64,000 nucleotides of DNA, taken from NCBI GenBank assembly GCA_963828195.1, contig CAWHDT010000005.1:672001-736000 (forward strand). The letters run 5' to 3'. Both the position numbers and the translations under genes were made by a program. The first letter of the stretch is position 1. Each line of letters opens with the position of its first letter. This DNA is from Candidatus Bathyarchaeota archaeon. Its GTDB lineage: Archaea > Thermoproteota > Bathyarchaeia > Bathyarchaeales > Bathycorpusculaceae. Positions 48,351 to 58,074 of the stretch are shown in pieces. A model generated the notes under the pieces. That model was not told where the DNA came from. It made no database searches and worked only from the letters and a program-made list of their open reading frames with translations.

Positions 48351-48554
48351 ATGCCTATAGTTCAAGTTTCTGTTTGGGAAGGCATGACCCTTGAGAACAA
48401 GAAGAAAACAGTCGAAGGGATAACTAAAGTTTTTGAGGATTTAGGAGTTCCCAAAGAAGCTGTCGAAATCGTTATTTATGAAGCGCCAAAATGCAATTGG
48501 GCAACGGGCGGGCAACTGCACTCAGAAAGACTCGCCCACATTAAACCCCTGTAA
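48351..48554 (+). CDS. 4-oxalocrotonate tautomerase family protein
   Basis: M-PIVQV (catalytic Pro1), NWATGG. Confidence 0.9.
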   Translation: MPIVQVSVWEGMTLENKKKTVEGITKVFEDLGVPKEAVEIVIYEAPKCNWATGGQLHSERLAHIKPL

Positions 48555-48577
48555 ACTAAAGCAAGGACTGACAATTA

Positions 48578-48877
48578 GTGTCCGAGAAAAAATTCAAGCT
48601 GTCAGCAAAAGTAAGCAGTGATAATCCAACAGCCATAAAACCAGTGTTAGAACGAATGATCGGCAACAACGGCTCTATCAAACCAACCGCCGACGGGTTC
48701 GAAGTCAATGCTGAATTCAAAGGTGAAAGCGCCAGAGACATAAATCGCATGCTGCTTTCTGAATTGCGTAAGGCAGAAAAGAAAACGAGAAGTCGCTCAG
48801 AATGGACCTCGGAAGACACCATTGAAAAGTTCTTTGACTACGCACTCAAGCAAACCAAAAAAGTAAACCAAAATTAA
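48578..48877 (+). CDS. Hypothetical protein
   Basis: Coding-like ORF ...GESARDINRMLLSELR...EKFFDY. Confidence 0.7.
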   Translation: MSEKKFKLSAKVSSDNPTAIKPVLERMIGNNGSIKPTADGFEVNAEFKGESARDINRMLLSELRKAEKKTRSRSEWTSEDTIEKFFDYALKQTKKVNQN

Positions 48878-49003
48878 GCGCTTGCTCTTGAGAGGCACAA
48901 TTCCCAAAGAAGGACAGCTCGATACACTGTTAATTTCCAGTTGTTTCCCGACGGTCAGAACACTTTTATAGTCAATTTTTCAAAGTTATATTGGTGATTA
49001 TTT

Positions 49004-49297
49004 TTGTCGGATTTTATTGTTCTTGGAAACTGGACTGAACAGGGCATAAAAAATGTCACAGAATCTCCGGAAAGAGTCAAGGCAGCCAGAGAAATGATTG
49101 AAAGAGCTGGCGGAAAAATGCAGTTTTTCACAACAATGGGAAAATATGATTTTGTGCTTTTTGTTGAGATTCCCAAAGATGAAGACATGGCGGCAATTCT
49201 TTTGTGCGTAGGCAGCATGGGAAACATCCGCACGATGACAATGAAGGCTTGGGCAGAGGCAGAAGCCGGCAAAATGCTCACGGCACCCCACCCTTAG
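49004..49297 (+). CDS. GYD domain protein
   Basis: WTEQGIKN, TMGKYD, GNIRTMT. Confidence 0.88.
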   Translation: MSDFIVLGNWTEQGIKNVTESPERVKAAREMIERAGGKMQFFTTMGKYDFVLFVEIPKDEDMAAILLCVGSMGNIRTMTMKAWAEAEAGKMLTAPHP

Positions 49298-49583
49298 CTT
49301 AAGTTTGCAGCCATCTTAATCGTTTTCAAACTCTCCCTCTTTTCTTCGGTAAGGCATGTGTAAAGATGAGAAGATTTTATAAAAAATGTGAACGCAATGC
49401 ATGTGCACAATCACAGCCAAAAATTGAAAAATATACAAATTCGCGCGTAACACACTGCTATGTCTTGAAGTAGAATTGCTAAAATGCTTGCGGGATTAGA
49501 GTTAAATGTGTACAAAGGTGTGACTGCATTATGACAGCCACAAATACTTAAGAATAATTTACAGTATATTTTTTTGAAAGATT

Positions 49584-49703
49584 ATGTGCTGCTTACCAAA
49601 TATGACATCATCGGACCTGATGAAAATTGCAGAGCCCAAAGAAGAGAAAGCCAAGAAAACCAAAGCCAAATCTCGTCTCGAATTAGCTATGTTGGCTGCG
49701 TGA
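49584..49703 (+). CDS. Possible 39-aa microprotein
   Basis: MCCLPNMTSSDLMKIAEPKEEKAKKTKAKSRLELAMLAA*. Confidence 0.35.
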   Translation: MCCLPNMTSSDLMKIAEPKEEKAKKTKAKSRLELAMLAA

Positions 49704-49890
49704 CGAAGCGAAATTACCAACACCACATTCGAGCTTTTTCTTCCTTGACAGTATGATTTAGACAGGACTCTGAAATTCTATTTGTTAAACTCTTAAGCCC
49801 GCTTTTGGCCCAAATACTTTATGTCCGCCTTTGACCGCAATATTTTTCGTACATTCTGCACTCGTTCAAACCGCTCAAAATTCGCCGTTG

Positions 49891-50943
49891 CTAAGATTTT
49901 TGGGGTTTGTAAATGCAGTAGGGTTCTTCCTCTAAGTAGTCTTTGCGTATGGATAATGCCCTTGCACGGCAACCGCCGCACAACGTCTTATATTCACATA
50001 TGCCGCATTTTCCTTTCAGCGATTCGTGATTCCGCAACTGAACAAACAAGGGCGCTTCTTGATAGATTTGCTTAAACTTTTGTTGCCGAATGTCACCAGC
50101 CGAAATCGGCAGGAAACCGCACCCGAAAACTTCCCCTATGTGAGAGATAAAGCAGAAACCATTGCCCGCCATGCAGCCTCTGCCGCCTATCTCGGGCTGG
50201 TTGGGTTCCTTTTGGTGCTGAGCGATAACTCTCATGTATTGTGGTGCACAGGTCATTTTGATTGGGATAGGTGATGTGAGGCTTGCTTTGTAGATTGATT
50301 GTAGGGCTTCTTCGTATTGTTGTGGTGTTATCTCCATTGTTACTTTTCCGCGACCCGTCGGCACAAGCATGAAGACGTCCCATTCACGAGCGCCATTTTC
50401 AGCTGCTACCTTTTGAATGTTGAAGAGGTCACTGAGGTTATGCTGGGTTACTGTGGTGTTGATGCGGAAAGCAAATCCGCTTTGACGAGCCAACGCCATG
50501 TTTTTCATTGCCAAATTGAAAGCGCCGGGCACCTGCCTAAAATTATCATGCACTTCGGAGTTAGAACCGTCGAGGCTAAGTGAAATCATTTTTACGCCTC
50601 CTGCCTTCATTTTTTCAAAGGTGTCTGCAGAAAGGTTGCTTCCGCTTGGGGACATAACCACTCTTAAGCCTAAACTGGAAGCGTGTGAGGCTACTTCAAA
50701 GATGTCTTTTCTCTGAAGAGGGTCACCGCCGCTTACAATAAAAACGGGTTTACAGAACTCAGCGATCTGCTCCACTAAATCAAATGCTTCATGGGTTGTT
50801 AGCTGTCTTGGATCTGCCGCTTTTTGGGCTTCAGCTCTACAGTGGACGCAGGCAAAATTGCAAGCCCGCGTGGATTCCCAAGCAACAACTCGAGGTGCAA
50901 CATCGCGGCTTTCAGATGAGTGCGATTTGTGAGCTCCGCTCAT
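49891..50943 (-). CDS. ahbD: Radical SAM/SPASM heme synthase
   Basis: AWESTRACNFACVHCRA, FMLVPTGRG, TCAPQY, GCMAG; follows ahbABC. Confidence 0.85.
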   Translation of the reverse strand: MSGAHKSHSSESRDVAPRVVAWESTRACNFACVHCRAEAQKAADPRQLTTHEAFDLVEQIAEFCKPVFIVSGGDPLQRKDIFEVASHASSLGLRVVMSPSGSNLSADTFEKMKAGGVKMISLSLDGSNSEVHDNFRQVPGAFNLAMKNMALARQSGFAFRINTTVTQHNLSDLFNIQKVAAENGAREWDVFMLVPTGRGKVTMEITPQQYEEALQSIYKASLTSPIPIKMTCAPQYMRVIAQHQKEPNQPEIGGRGCMAGNGFCFISHIGEVFGCGFLPISAGDIRQQKFKQIYQEAPLFVQLRNHESLKGKCGICEYKTLCGGCRARALSIRKDYLEEEPYCIYKPQKS

Positions 50944-50955
50944 TCAGGTGCCCTC

Positions 50956-52104
50956 TTACTGGGGTCTTATTTCCTGCGGCGTTAAGTAGCAAGCAGGATC
51001 AGGCGCCCATACGTCGCTGTAAACCGCTTCCGCTCTGACTCTGAGGTTGCCGTTGCAGATGTCAAGAAACTGGCATTCGGCGCATTTTCCGTGGAGGTGA
51101 ATTTTGCGGTTTCTGAGAGCATGCAGCAGAGGTTCAGAGTTGTCTGCCCAGATTTGGCTGAATCTACGTGTTCTGATGTTGCCCAGAGAGTAATGTTGCC
51201 AGAATTGATCGGGATGCACGTACCCATTGAAATCAACACAGGCTATCCCAGTGCCGGAGCTGTTTCCGCCGTTTATCTTTAGAAGCCTGAGCGCTTCGGC
51301 GGCTTTTTTCGGGTCCTTTTCTTTGAGTTTAAGGTAAAGATAAGCTGCATCAGCATGATTGTCAACAGTTAAGATTTCCGTGCCTAACTCTTTCTTGTGG
51401 AAATCCTCGGCTTTCTCTAAAACATAATCCATGAACTCTCTTGTCTGTTCATGCGTAAGATCGTCCTTTGTTATTCCGGTTCCCCGCCCCACATAGGCCA
51501 AGTGGTAGAGGCAGACCCTGGGGATTCCTTCAGCCTCAATGAGTTCGAATATTTCTGGAAGATCCTTAAAGTTGTAGTTGGTGACGGTGAAGCGTAACCC
51601 TGTTTTGACACCTGCTTTACGGCAGTTCCGCATTCCTTGAACTGCTAACTCGAAGGCTTCTTCTTTGCCTCTGAACTTGTTGTTGGTTTCGCCTATGCCG
51701 TCTAAACTGATTCCTACGTAGGAGAAACCCGCGTTTTTTAATTGCTCAGCCACTGTTTCTGTGATGAGAGTGCCGTTTGTAGATAAGACTGGTCTTAAGC
51801 CTGCTTCAGAGGCAAACTGCGCAACTTCAAAAAGGTCACGCCTTAGAAGGGGTTCGCCGCCAGAAAAAAGCAACACCTTAACACCGAAATCTGCCACGTC
51901 TTTTACGAAAACTTTGGCTTCTTCAGTGGTTAATTCGTTGGGGTATATTTTGTTCTCGGATTTTGAGTAGCAGTGTTTGCAGTTGAGGTTGCAGCGTTGG
52001 GTGGAATTCCAGACAACAACTGGTTTTTGGTGAGTTGCCTCGCCATACCGTAACTGGTCCATTGAGCCTGGAGTGCCGCACCAGAGTTTGGTGATGTTAA
52101 TCAA
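50956..52104 (-). CDS. ahbC: Radical SAM Fe-coproporphyrin III synthase
   Basis: VVWNSTQRCNLNCKHCY, YHLAYVGRG, LTVDNHAD, HPDQFW, WAPDPACYL. Confidence 0.9.
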   Translation of the reverse strand: MINITKLWCGTPGSMDQLRYGEATHQKPVVVWNSTQRCNLNCKHCYSKSENKIYPNELTTEEAKVFVKDVADFGVKVLLFSGGEPLLRRDLFEVAQFASEAGLRPVLSTNGTLITETVAEQLKNAGFSYVGISLDGIGETNNKFRGKEEAFELAVQGMRNCRKAGVKTGLRFTVTNYNFKDLPEIFELIEAEGIPRVCLYHLAYVGRGTGITKDDLTHEQTREFMDYVLEKAEDFHKKELGTEILTVDNHADAAYLYLKLKEKDPKKAAEALRLLKINGGNSSGTGIACVDFNGYVHPDQFWQHYSLGNIRTRRFSQIWADNSEPLLHALRNRKIHLHGKCAECQFLDICNGNLRVRAEAVYSDVWAPDPACYLTPQEIRPQ

Positions 52105-52628
52105 GGATTATTCATCTCCTGAAAAATTTTAGGATGCATTGAGGCATTTGCGTTAAGCCCAGAGGAGCTATTGACGCCTATGTCTCGCTTTAGATCTCGG
52201 GTACTATACAGTATTTTATATTCGTTTATTGCGATTTGACCTGAGATTTCCTCAACCATACGTTGAACAACTTCCCGCTCTTTTCCATGGATAACCGTGT
52301 AGAGATTGAAGTTCCATCGTCCATCGACGGGTTTGCGTTCGTAGCAATGCGAGATTTCCTGGTATTTTGATAAATAATCTCCGATTTCTTGAACGCGGCT
52401 TTCAGGAACCTTCCAAGCAACAAGGGCATTTGCCGAAAAACCAACGCTTTTAGGTTTTAGCGAGGCTCCAAACCGCCGGATCATGCCTTTCTCTTTAAGA
52501 TTACGCAAGCGTAGGACCACTTCCTCCGGTTCAATTCCCAACTGTTGGGCAATTTCACTGAAGGGCTCTGCGGTCAAAGGTATGCCTTTTGCCATGCCAG
52601 CTAAAATTTTGCGGTGAATTTCATCCAT
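52101..52628 (-). CDS. ahbB: Siroheme decarboxylase beta subunit
   Basis: IRRFGA, GFSANALVAW, SHCYER, NLYTVIH. Confidence 0.88.
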   Translation of the reverse strand: MDEIHRKILAGMAKGIPLTAEPFSEIAQQLGIEPEEVVLRLRNLKEKGMIRRFGASLKPKSVGFSANALVAWKVPESRVQEIGDYLSKYQEISHCYERKPVDGRWNFNLYTVIHGKEREVVQRMVEEISGQIAINEYKILYSTRDLKRDIGVNSSSGLNANASMHPKIFQEMNNP

Positions 52629-52653
52629 TTTTCATTCATCTCAAAAGTTCTGC

Positions 52654-53181
52654 TCATGTCAATTGGAAATGCACATTTATCTTAAAACGCCTAAGGGTTG
52701 GCAAGTCAAGAACATCTGGGTCTTTCATGCCTGTTTTCTGCTTGATCTCATCCAGCACCGCATTCACTTCGCCACGGCTTGAAGCAGCAAGAGTAAACCA
52801 CACGTTATATTCGTCTTCACGTTCGTAATTGTGGGAAACGTTGTCGTATCCGTTTATGACGCGGGCAACATCATTCACTTTGTGTTTGGGAACCTTCAAC
52901 GCAACTAAAGTAGCGACTTTTAACCCGATTCTTGAAGAATCAAAAACTGGACCAATCTTCACGATGGCGCCTGATTCAACAAGCCGCTTTAAACGCGACA
53001 TAACTTCAGCTTCGCTTATGCTGATTCTGCGGCTTATTACAAGCCAGGGTTCCTGCACGAGGGGGAAGTCATCTTGAATTATCTGCAAAATTGTTCTGTC
53101 CGTTTCGTCGAGATTCACAGACGCTGACATTGTAGAATCGTCACTTTTCTCGTATTTATTCTGACTTGTGTTCTTTTTCAC
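52654..53181 (-). CDS. ahbA: Siroheme decarboxylase alpha subunit
   Basis: IQDDFPL, IGPVFDS, VSHNYER...YNVWFT. Confidence 0.88.
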   Translation of the reverse strand: MKKNTSQNKYEKSDDSTMSASVNLDETDRTILQIIQDDFPLVQEPWLVISRRISISEAEVMSRLKRLVESGAIVKIGPVFDSSRIGLKVATLVALKVPKHKVNDVARVINGYDNVSHNYEREDEYNVWFTLAASSRGEVNAVLDEIKQKTGMKDPDVLDLPTLRRFKINVHFQLT

Positions 53182-53342
53182 GGTTTCACCTAAAGCTTGG
53201 CTTTTAGAGCGGTTACTTATCCCTAGGCGGCTCTTGCTAGGTAAGTTGACGTTGCATATCGTATTAACCTTGCGGAAAAAATAGAATTAAGCATTAATTC
53301 TTGCTGATTCCGCAAAAGACAAGTTTTGTTAAGCTAAAAAAA

Positions 53343-53786
53343 TCACAGCAACACGATGCTGGGATCAAACTTCAAAAATCTCGTCGTGACTGACACCCGA
53401 GCGTCTTTTACACCTGGAATAAGCTTGGTTTGTTTAATCAAGTTATTAAGGTGCTCCATGTCCCTTGCGACAATCACCGAAACCACGTCGTATTCACCTG
53501 TACTTTGAAACAAGTACTGCGTTTCGCTAAATGAAACCAATTGTTTGCAGGCTTCTTCCAAATGTGCTGGATCAATTTTAAGCAGGATTGCTCCGCTTAC
53601 TTTCATGCCGACTTTGGCTGGATCAAGCAAGGCTGCAAATCGAGTTATGACGCCGTTGCTTACAAGCCTGTTGACTCGAAATCTAACTGTGGCTTCGGCG
53701 ACGTCTAGTTCACGGCTAAGATCAGCAAAGGAAAGCCGGGCATTGAATTGCAGCTGCTTAAGTATCCGCTTATCTAAATCGTCCAA
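53343..53786 (-). CDS. Lrp/AsnC family regulator
   Basis: DDLDKRIL..LQFNAR, EATVRFRV, TGEYD. Confidence 0.9.
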   Translation of the reverse strand: MDDLDKRILKQLQFNARLSFADLSRELDVAEATVRFRVNRLVSNGVITRFAALLDPAKVGMKVSGAILLKIDPAHLEEACKQLVSFSETQYLFQSTGEYDVVSVIVARDMEHLNNLIKQTKLIPGVKDARVSVTTRFLKFDPSIVLL

Positions 53787-53865
53787 GCCTCTCTGAAGCC
53801 TCCAGTTAACCCTGTACTTTATGACAAAGATGCTTTAAGAAACTTTTCTTCAAAATTCCTGAGCA

Positions 53866-55137
53866 CTATTTCTTCTGCCATCGAATTCTTTGGCGTATGG
53901 CACGGAAGGCTAAACCAACCGCGAGAATCGCCAGACCAATTATAACATATTCTGGCGGAAGCAGAAAAGCTAATCCTAAGCAGCCTATAAGCCCAGCTAC
54001 TGCAAAGGCACGTGGAAAACGACGCTGATCGCCGCTTAACTTGAGTGCTGACACGTTGGTTATGGAGTAGTAAAGCAGGGTTCCGAAACTGGACACTGCA
54101 ACCGCCGTTTCTAAGGGGGCAAAAGCCGCAACTACAAGCGTGATAGCACCCACAAAAACTACGCTTCTCCACGGGTTCTTGTCCCCACCCATTTTCGCCA
54201 AGCCTTTGGGTAAATCGCTTTCTCTGCCCATCGCAAAAGCAACCCGCGAGACACCTAAAAGATCCGAAAGTCCCTCGTTAAAGGTTGTTAGCAAAGCACC
54301 CCCGGCAACTAAAGCCACGCCAAAGCCGGCTCCAACCGCAATCATCATGGCTTCCAGAGGAGAAGATGATCTGGCAACTCCCGATGCCCCTAAGACTGCA
54401 ATTGCGGTTCCAGCCACAAACAAGTAGAGCAAAGCAACTGTCCCCAGCGCTATCATGGAGGCTTTGGGGATGGTTTTTTCTGGGTTCTTCACTTCTTCCA
54501 CCAGCGTCGCGATTCGGCTGTATCCGGTGTAGGCGAAGAAAAGCAGTCCAGTCGCGCGGAGAACGCCGATTACGCCTCCGGGTGCAAAGGGCGTAAAGTT
54601 AGATAGATGAGCTGAGGGCAACCCGATTATGGCAACTGCAAGCAATGAAGCAATCGATATGAGGACAATTACGCTTGTTACATGCACTGATCTGCGGATG
54701 CCCCAAGCGTCAAGCAAAATTATAACTGCAGCAATGCCGATCGCCGCCGTGCGCATGGGAATCGCTGGCCATACAGCGCTAAGGTAACTGCCAAATGCCA
54801 AAGCACTCACGCCGGGCCCCACGGTGTTTGCAACCAGAAACATCCAGCCCGCGATAAAGCCCCATCTTTCCCCAAGCATGCGGCGTCCAAACTCGTAAGT
54901 GCCTCCTGACCGAGGAAACACTGCCGCTAACTGGACAGAAGAGAGCGCGTTGCATAGCGCCACAAACGCTGCAATGCCAAAAGAAACAAGTATAGCTGGT
55001 CCAGCCAGACCTGCAGCGGGAGCTATTACTGCGAATATGCCTGCGCCAAGAATTGCAGCGAGACCAGTAGCTACAGCCTCAAACAGAGAAAGTTGCGGTT
55101 TCAGCGAATCATCTTGTTTTTTACCCACAAAAACCAA
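53866..55137 (-). CDS. APC family amino acid/polyamine permease
   Basis: ILGAGIF, SGGTY, FFAYTGY, EEVKNPEKTIP. Confidence 0.9.
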   Translation of the reverse strand: MVFVGKKQDDSLKPQLSLFEAVATGLAAILGAGIFAVIAPAAGLAGPAILVSFGIAAFVALCNALSSVQLAAVFPRSGGTYEFGRRMLGERWGFIAGWMFLVANTVGPGVSALAFGSYLSAVWPAIPMRTAAIGIAAVIILLDAWGIRRSVHVTSVIVLISIASLLAVAIIGLPSAHLSNFTPFAPGGVIGVLRATGLLFFAYTGYSRIATLVEEVKNPEKTIPKASMIALGTVALLYLFVAGTAIAVLGASGVARSSSPLEAMMIAVGAGFGVALVAGGALLTTFNEGLSDLLGVSRVAFAMGRESDLPKGLAKMGGDKNPWRSVVFVGAITLVVAAFAPLETAVAVSSFGTLLYYSITNVSALKLSGDQRRFPRAFAVAGLIGCLGLAFLLPPEYVIIGLAILAVGLAFRAIRQRIRWQKK

Positions 55138-55320
55138 TCATAATATGGGTAACCTTGAAATTAAAAGTTCCTAAATAAAATATATATCCAGCTACACTCT
55201 GCAAGCTGGAACGCAGAAAATTCGACGATTGACCAAAAATTTTTGCCATCCGTCATGGCTTTTCAGTTTCGGTTCAGAAAAGTTATTACGACCAACATCG
55301 TTGTTGCATTAGGAAACATC

Positions 55321-56241
55321 ATGAATTCCTCCCACGTTACAAAGGCGTCTGAATCGGCTGCGGAACAGAGAAGAAAAATCGTACGCATCGGGCTTATTCA
55401 GTCAGCGGTTTCAGATAGCATAGCCGATAACATGAAAAAGACAGTGGAGAGAATAGAAGAGGCTTCAAGTAAAGGGGCACAAATTGTTTGCCTCCAAGAA
55501 CTCTACCGAACCAAGTATTTTCCGCAAGAAGAAAAACAGGATGTCCGCAACTTGGCAGAAACGATTCCAGGAGAATCCACAAAAGCGTTCTCTGTACTCG
55601 CGAAAAAAAACAAGATAGTTGTAATTGCCCCTATTTTTGAAAAAGCCCCAAACGGAAAATACTATAATTCAGCCGTCATCATTGATGCTGACGGCGAAAT
55701 TCTGGGTTCCTACCGCAAATCTCACGTACCTAATGACCCCATGTTTTATGAAAAAAACTATTTTTCCGCCGGAGACTCAGGCTACAGTGTACATAGAACT
55801 CGATATGCTTCCGTGGGAGTTCTTGTCTGTTATGACCAATGGTTTCCTGAACCTGCCAGAATCAACGCTTTGAAAGGTGCAGAAATCATTTTCTACCCCA
55901 CAGCGATCGGCTGGATCAAAGGGGTTTCTTCTTCTGACGGGGACTGGCATGATGCTTGGAAAACTGTGCAGCGTGCCAACGCCATAATGAATGGAGTTCA
56001 TGTTGCTGCTGTGAATAGAGTGGGTGAAGAGGGGCAGCTGAGGTTTTGGGGCGGTTCATTCGTATGTGACTCCTTTGGCAAGGTGCTTAAGGAAGCCAGC
56101 TACGCCAGCGAGGAAGTACTGGTTGTTAAGGCTGATTTGAGTAAAAATAAAGATATCCAAGAAGGATGGGGCTTCCTTAAAAATCGGCGACCAGACACTT
56201 ACAAGCAGCTAACCGAAAATAATTCAGGGACCCAGCAATGA
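55321..56241 (+). CDS. aguB: N-carbamoylputrescine amidase (carbon-nitrogen hydrolase)
   Basis: LQEL, YRKSHVP, VCYDQWFPE, PTAIGW; overlaps the agmatine deiminase gene. Confidence 0.85.
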   Translation: MNSSHVTKASESAAEQRRKIVRIGLIQSAVSDSIADNMKKTVERIEEASSKGAQIVCLQELYRTKYFPQEEKQDVRNLAETIPGESTKAFSVLAKKNKIVVIAPIFEKAPNGKYYNSAVIIDADGEILGSYRKSHVPNDPMFYEKNYFSAGDSGYSVHRTRYASVGVLVCYDQWFPEPARINALKGAEIIFYPTAIGWIKGVSSSDGDWHDAWKTVQRANAIMNGVHVAAVNRVGEEGQLRFWGGSFVCDSFGKVLKEASYASEEVLVVKADLSKNKDIQEGWGFLKNRRPDTYKQLTENNSGTQQ

Positions 56242-57296
56242 AGAACGAAAAAATTTTAAACAAGACCCCACGCGAACTGGGCTACTGCATGCCGCCTGAA
56301 TGGTGTAAACATGAAGCAATCTGGTTAGCTTGGCCCCATGACCCCACAACCTTCACGTCGGGCGTTGAGAAAGTTGAAGCAACATACGTTCAAATTGTCA
56401 AATTGATCCATAAAGACGAATACGTTAACCTCTTTGTAAAAGACTCAGAAATGAAGGAAAAGATAACGGGTTTGTTCGAGAACGCTAACATTGATTTAAA
56501 GAGAATACGTTTTTTTGAATTTGACTACGCTGACGTGTGGTTTCGGGATTATGGCCCAATCTTTGTGTTGAATGGGGAGCAAAAGTTAGCGATGGTGCGT
56601 TGGATTTTTAATTCCTGGGGAGAAAAATATGAGGAACTGTTAAAAGACGCACGGATCCCCCAAATCATGAACGAAGCAATGCGTTTGAACTGTTTCGAGC
56701 CAGGCATCGTATTGGAAGGCGGCTCAATAGACGTTAATGGAAAAGGAACCCTCCTGACTACTGAGCAATGCCTGCTGAACAAGAACAGAAATGTCAACCT
56801 AAAAAAAGAAAAAATCGAGAAATTCCTGCAAGACTACCTTGGAGTAAATCATATCATCTGGCTGAAATGCGGCATAGTCGGAGATGACACAGACGGCCAC
56901 GTGGACGATCTTGCGCGGTTTGTTAACCCCACAACCGTGGTGTGCGCTTATGAAGAAGGAAACGACGAGAACGCAGAAGCCTTAAGAAAAAACTATGAAA
57001 TACTGTGCCAATCCACCGATCAAGACGGAAAAAAACTAAAAATCGTCAAGCTGCCAATGCCTGGGAAAGTCGAGTGCAACAAAAAAAGGCTCCCTGCAAG
57101 CTACACAAACTTTTACATAGGAAACAAAACCATTCTGGTCCCAACTTTTGAATCAGAAAACGACAAACCAGCGTTATGTATTTTGCAAGAGCTGTTCCCG
57201 AAAAGAAAAGTTGTAGGCGTAGACTGTGTTGACTTGATATGCGGGTTTGGGGCAATTCACTGCATCTCACAGCAGCAGCCAAGCGGGAAATTGTAA
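56238..57296 (+). CDS. aguA: Agmatine deiminase
   Basis: MPPEW, WFRDYGP, EGGS, DDTDGHVD, GAIHCISQQQP. Confidence 0.92.
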   Translation: MKNEKILNKTPRELGYCMPPEWCKHEAIWLAWPHDPTTFTSGVEKVEATYVQIVKLIHKDEYVNLFVKDSEMKEKITGLFENANIDLKRIRFFEFDYADVWFRDYGPIFVLNGEQKLAMVRWIFNSWGEKYEELLKDARIPQIMNEAMRLNCFEPGIVLEGGSIDVNGKGTLLTTEQCLLNKNRNVNLKKEKIEKFLQDYLGVNHIIWLKCGIVGDDTDGHVDDLARFVNPTTVVCAYEEGNDENAEALRKNYEILCQSTDQDGKKLKIVKLPMPGKVECNKKRLPASYTNFYIGNKTILVPTFESENDKPALCILQELFPKRKVVGVDCVDLICGFGAIHCISQQQPSGKL

Positions 57297-57390
57297 GCAT
57301 CATCGATACACGATGCTTCAGATTTAAAAGTTATTTTCTTAATGTTTAGGGCATTTTAGATTCTGAGTTATGAGAGGCGGAATTTCGGCT

Positions 57391-57885
57391 TTAGAAGTGG
57401 TTTAGAACAAAATCCATCAAACGTTTATGTTTTACTAAAATGTCCACTAAGGCTCTTGTGGCTTTGACAATCTGCACATCGAGCAGTCGGGAAGCGGCGA
57501 GTGTAAATATAAAGGAGAATATTCCCAAGGGAATTTCTATGATAAGGTTTAAGGTGTGGAAAATCAGCAAGAAAAGAAGAGTGGGAAAAATGCCAAGTAT
57601 ACCCATTATGAATGAGCGTATAATGAAATATAGCCTTTGATGCCACACAGACTGCAGAAGCGCTTCTACAAGTGCCTTTTTTCCCACGTTCCGTTCGGCA
57701 TCTGTGGCTGCTTCGTTTGCATGCTGAAGCAAAGTTTTCGCAGTAGGCATATCTGTCAAATGCAGAATCTTTATCATTTCATCAGATCCCGCAAGCTCTA
57801 CCGAGCTTTTGCTCTCAACTTCATTCATGATCTTCTGAGTCAAACTATCGAATTCTTGGTCGTCGCTCATTGAGGTTGAAGCCAT
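57391..57885 (-). CDS. Hypothetical two-TM membrane protein
   Basis: Soluble N-terminus followed by two hydrophobic helices. Confidence 0.65.
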   Translation of the reverse strand: MASTSMSDDQEFDSLTQKIMNEVESKSSVELAGSDEMIKILHLTDMPTAKTLLQHANEAATDAERNVGKKALVEALLQSVWHQRLYFIIRSFIMGILGIFPTLLFLLIFHTLNLIIEIPLGIFSFIFTLAASRLLDVQIVKATRALVDILVKHKRLMDFVLNHF

Positions 57886-58074
57886 AACAAAAACCAGCTT
57901 AAAACTTGAATTATTTAGTTAGTTAATAACTTCTTTGAGTCTCTTTGAGTCTTAATAAGTTTTGATTTCTGAAAGCGGGCGGCTTGAAAATCAAAGTCAG
58001 CCCTTGCGTTTTCCCCATGTTGCCTTTTGAGTACAGTTGAGCGAGATATTTGGACGCGTTAGGTAATTGAGCTG

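Noticed and set aside
49891-52104. Two radical SAM/SPASM genes as a RiPP cluster
   Set aside because: Motifs and adjacent ahbA/ahbB identify heme biosynthesis.
52101-53181. Two Lrp/AsnC-like regulators
   Set aside because: SHNYER and SHCYER motifs identify siroheme decarboxylase subunits.
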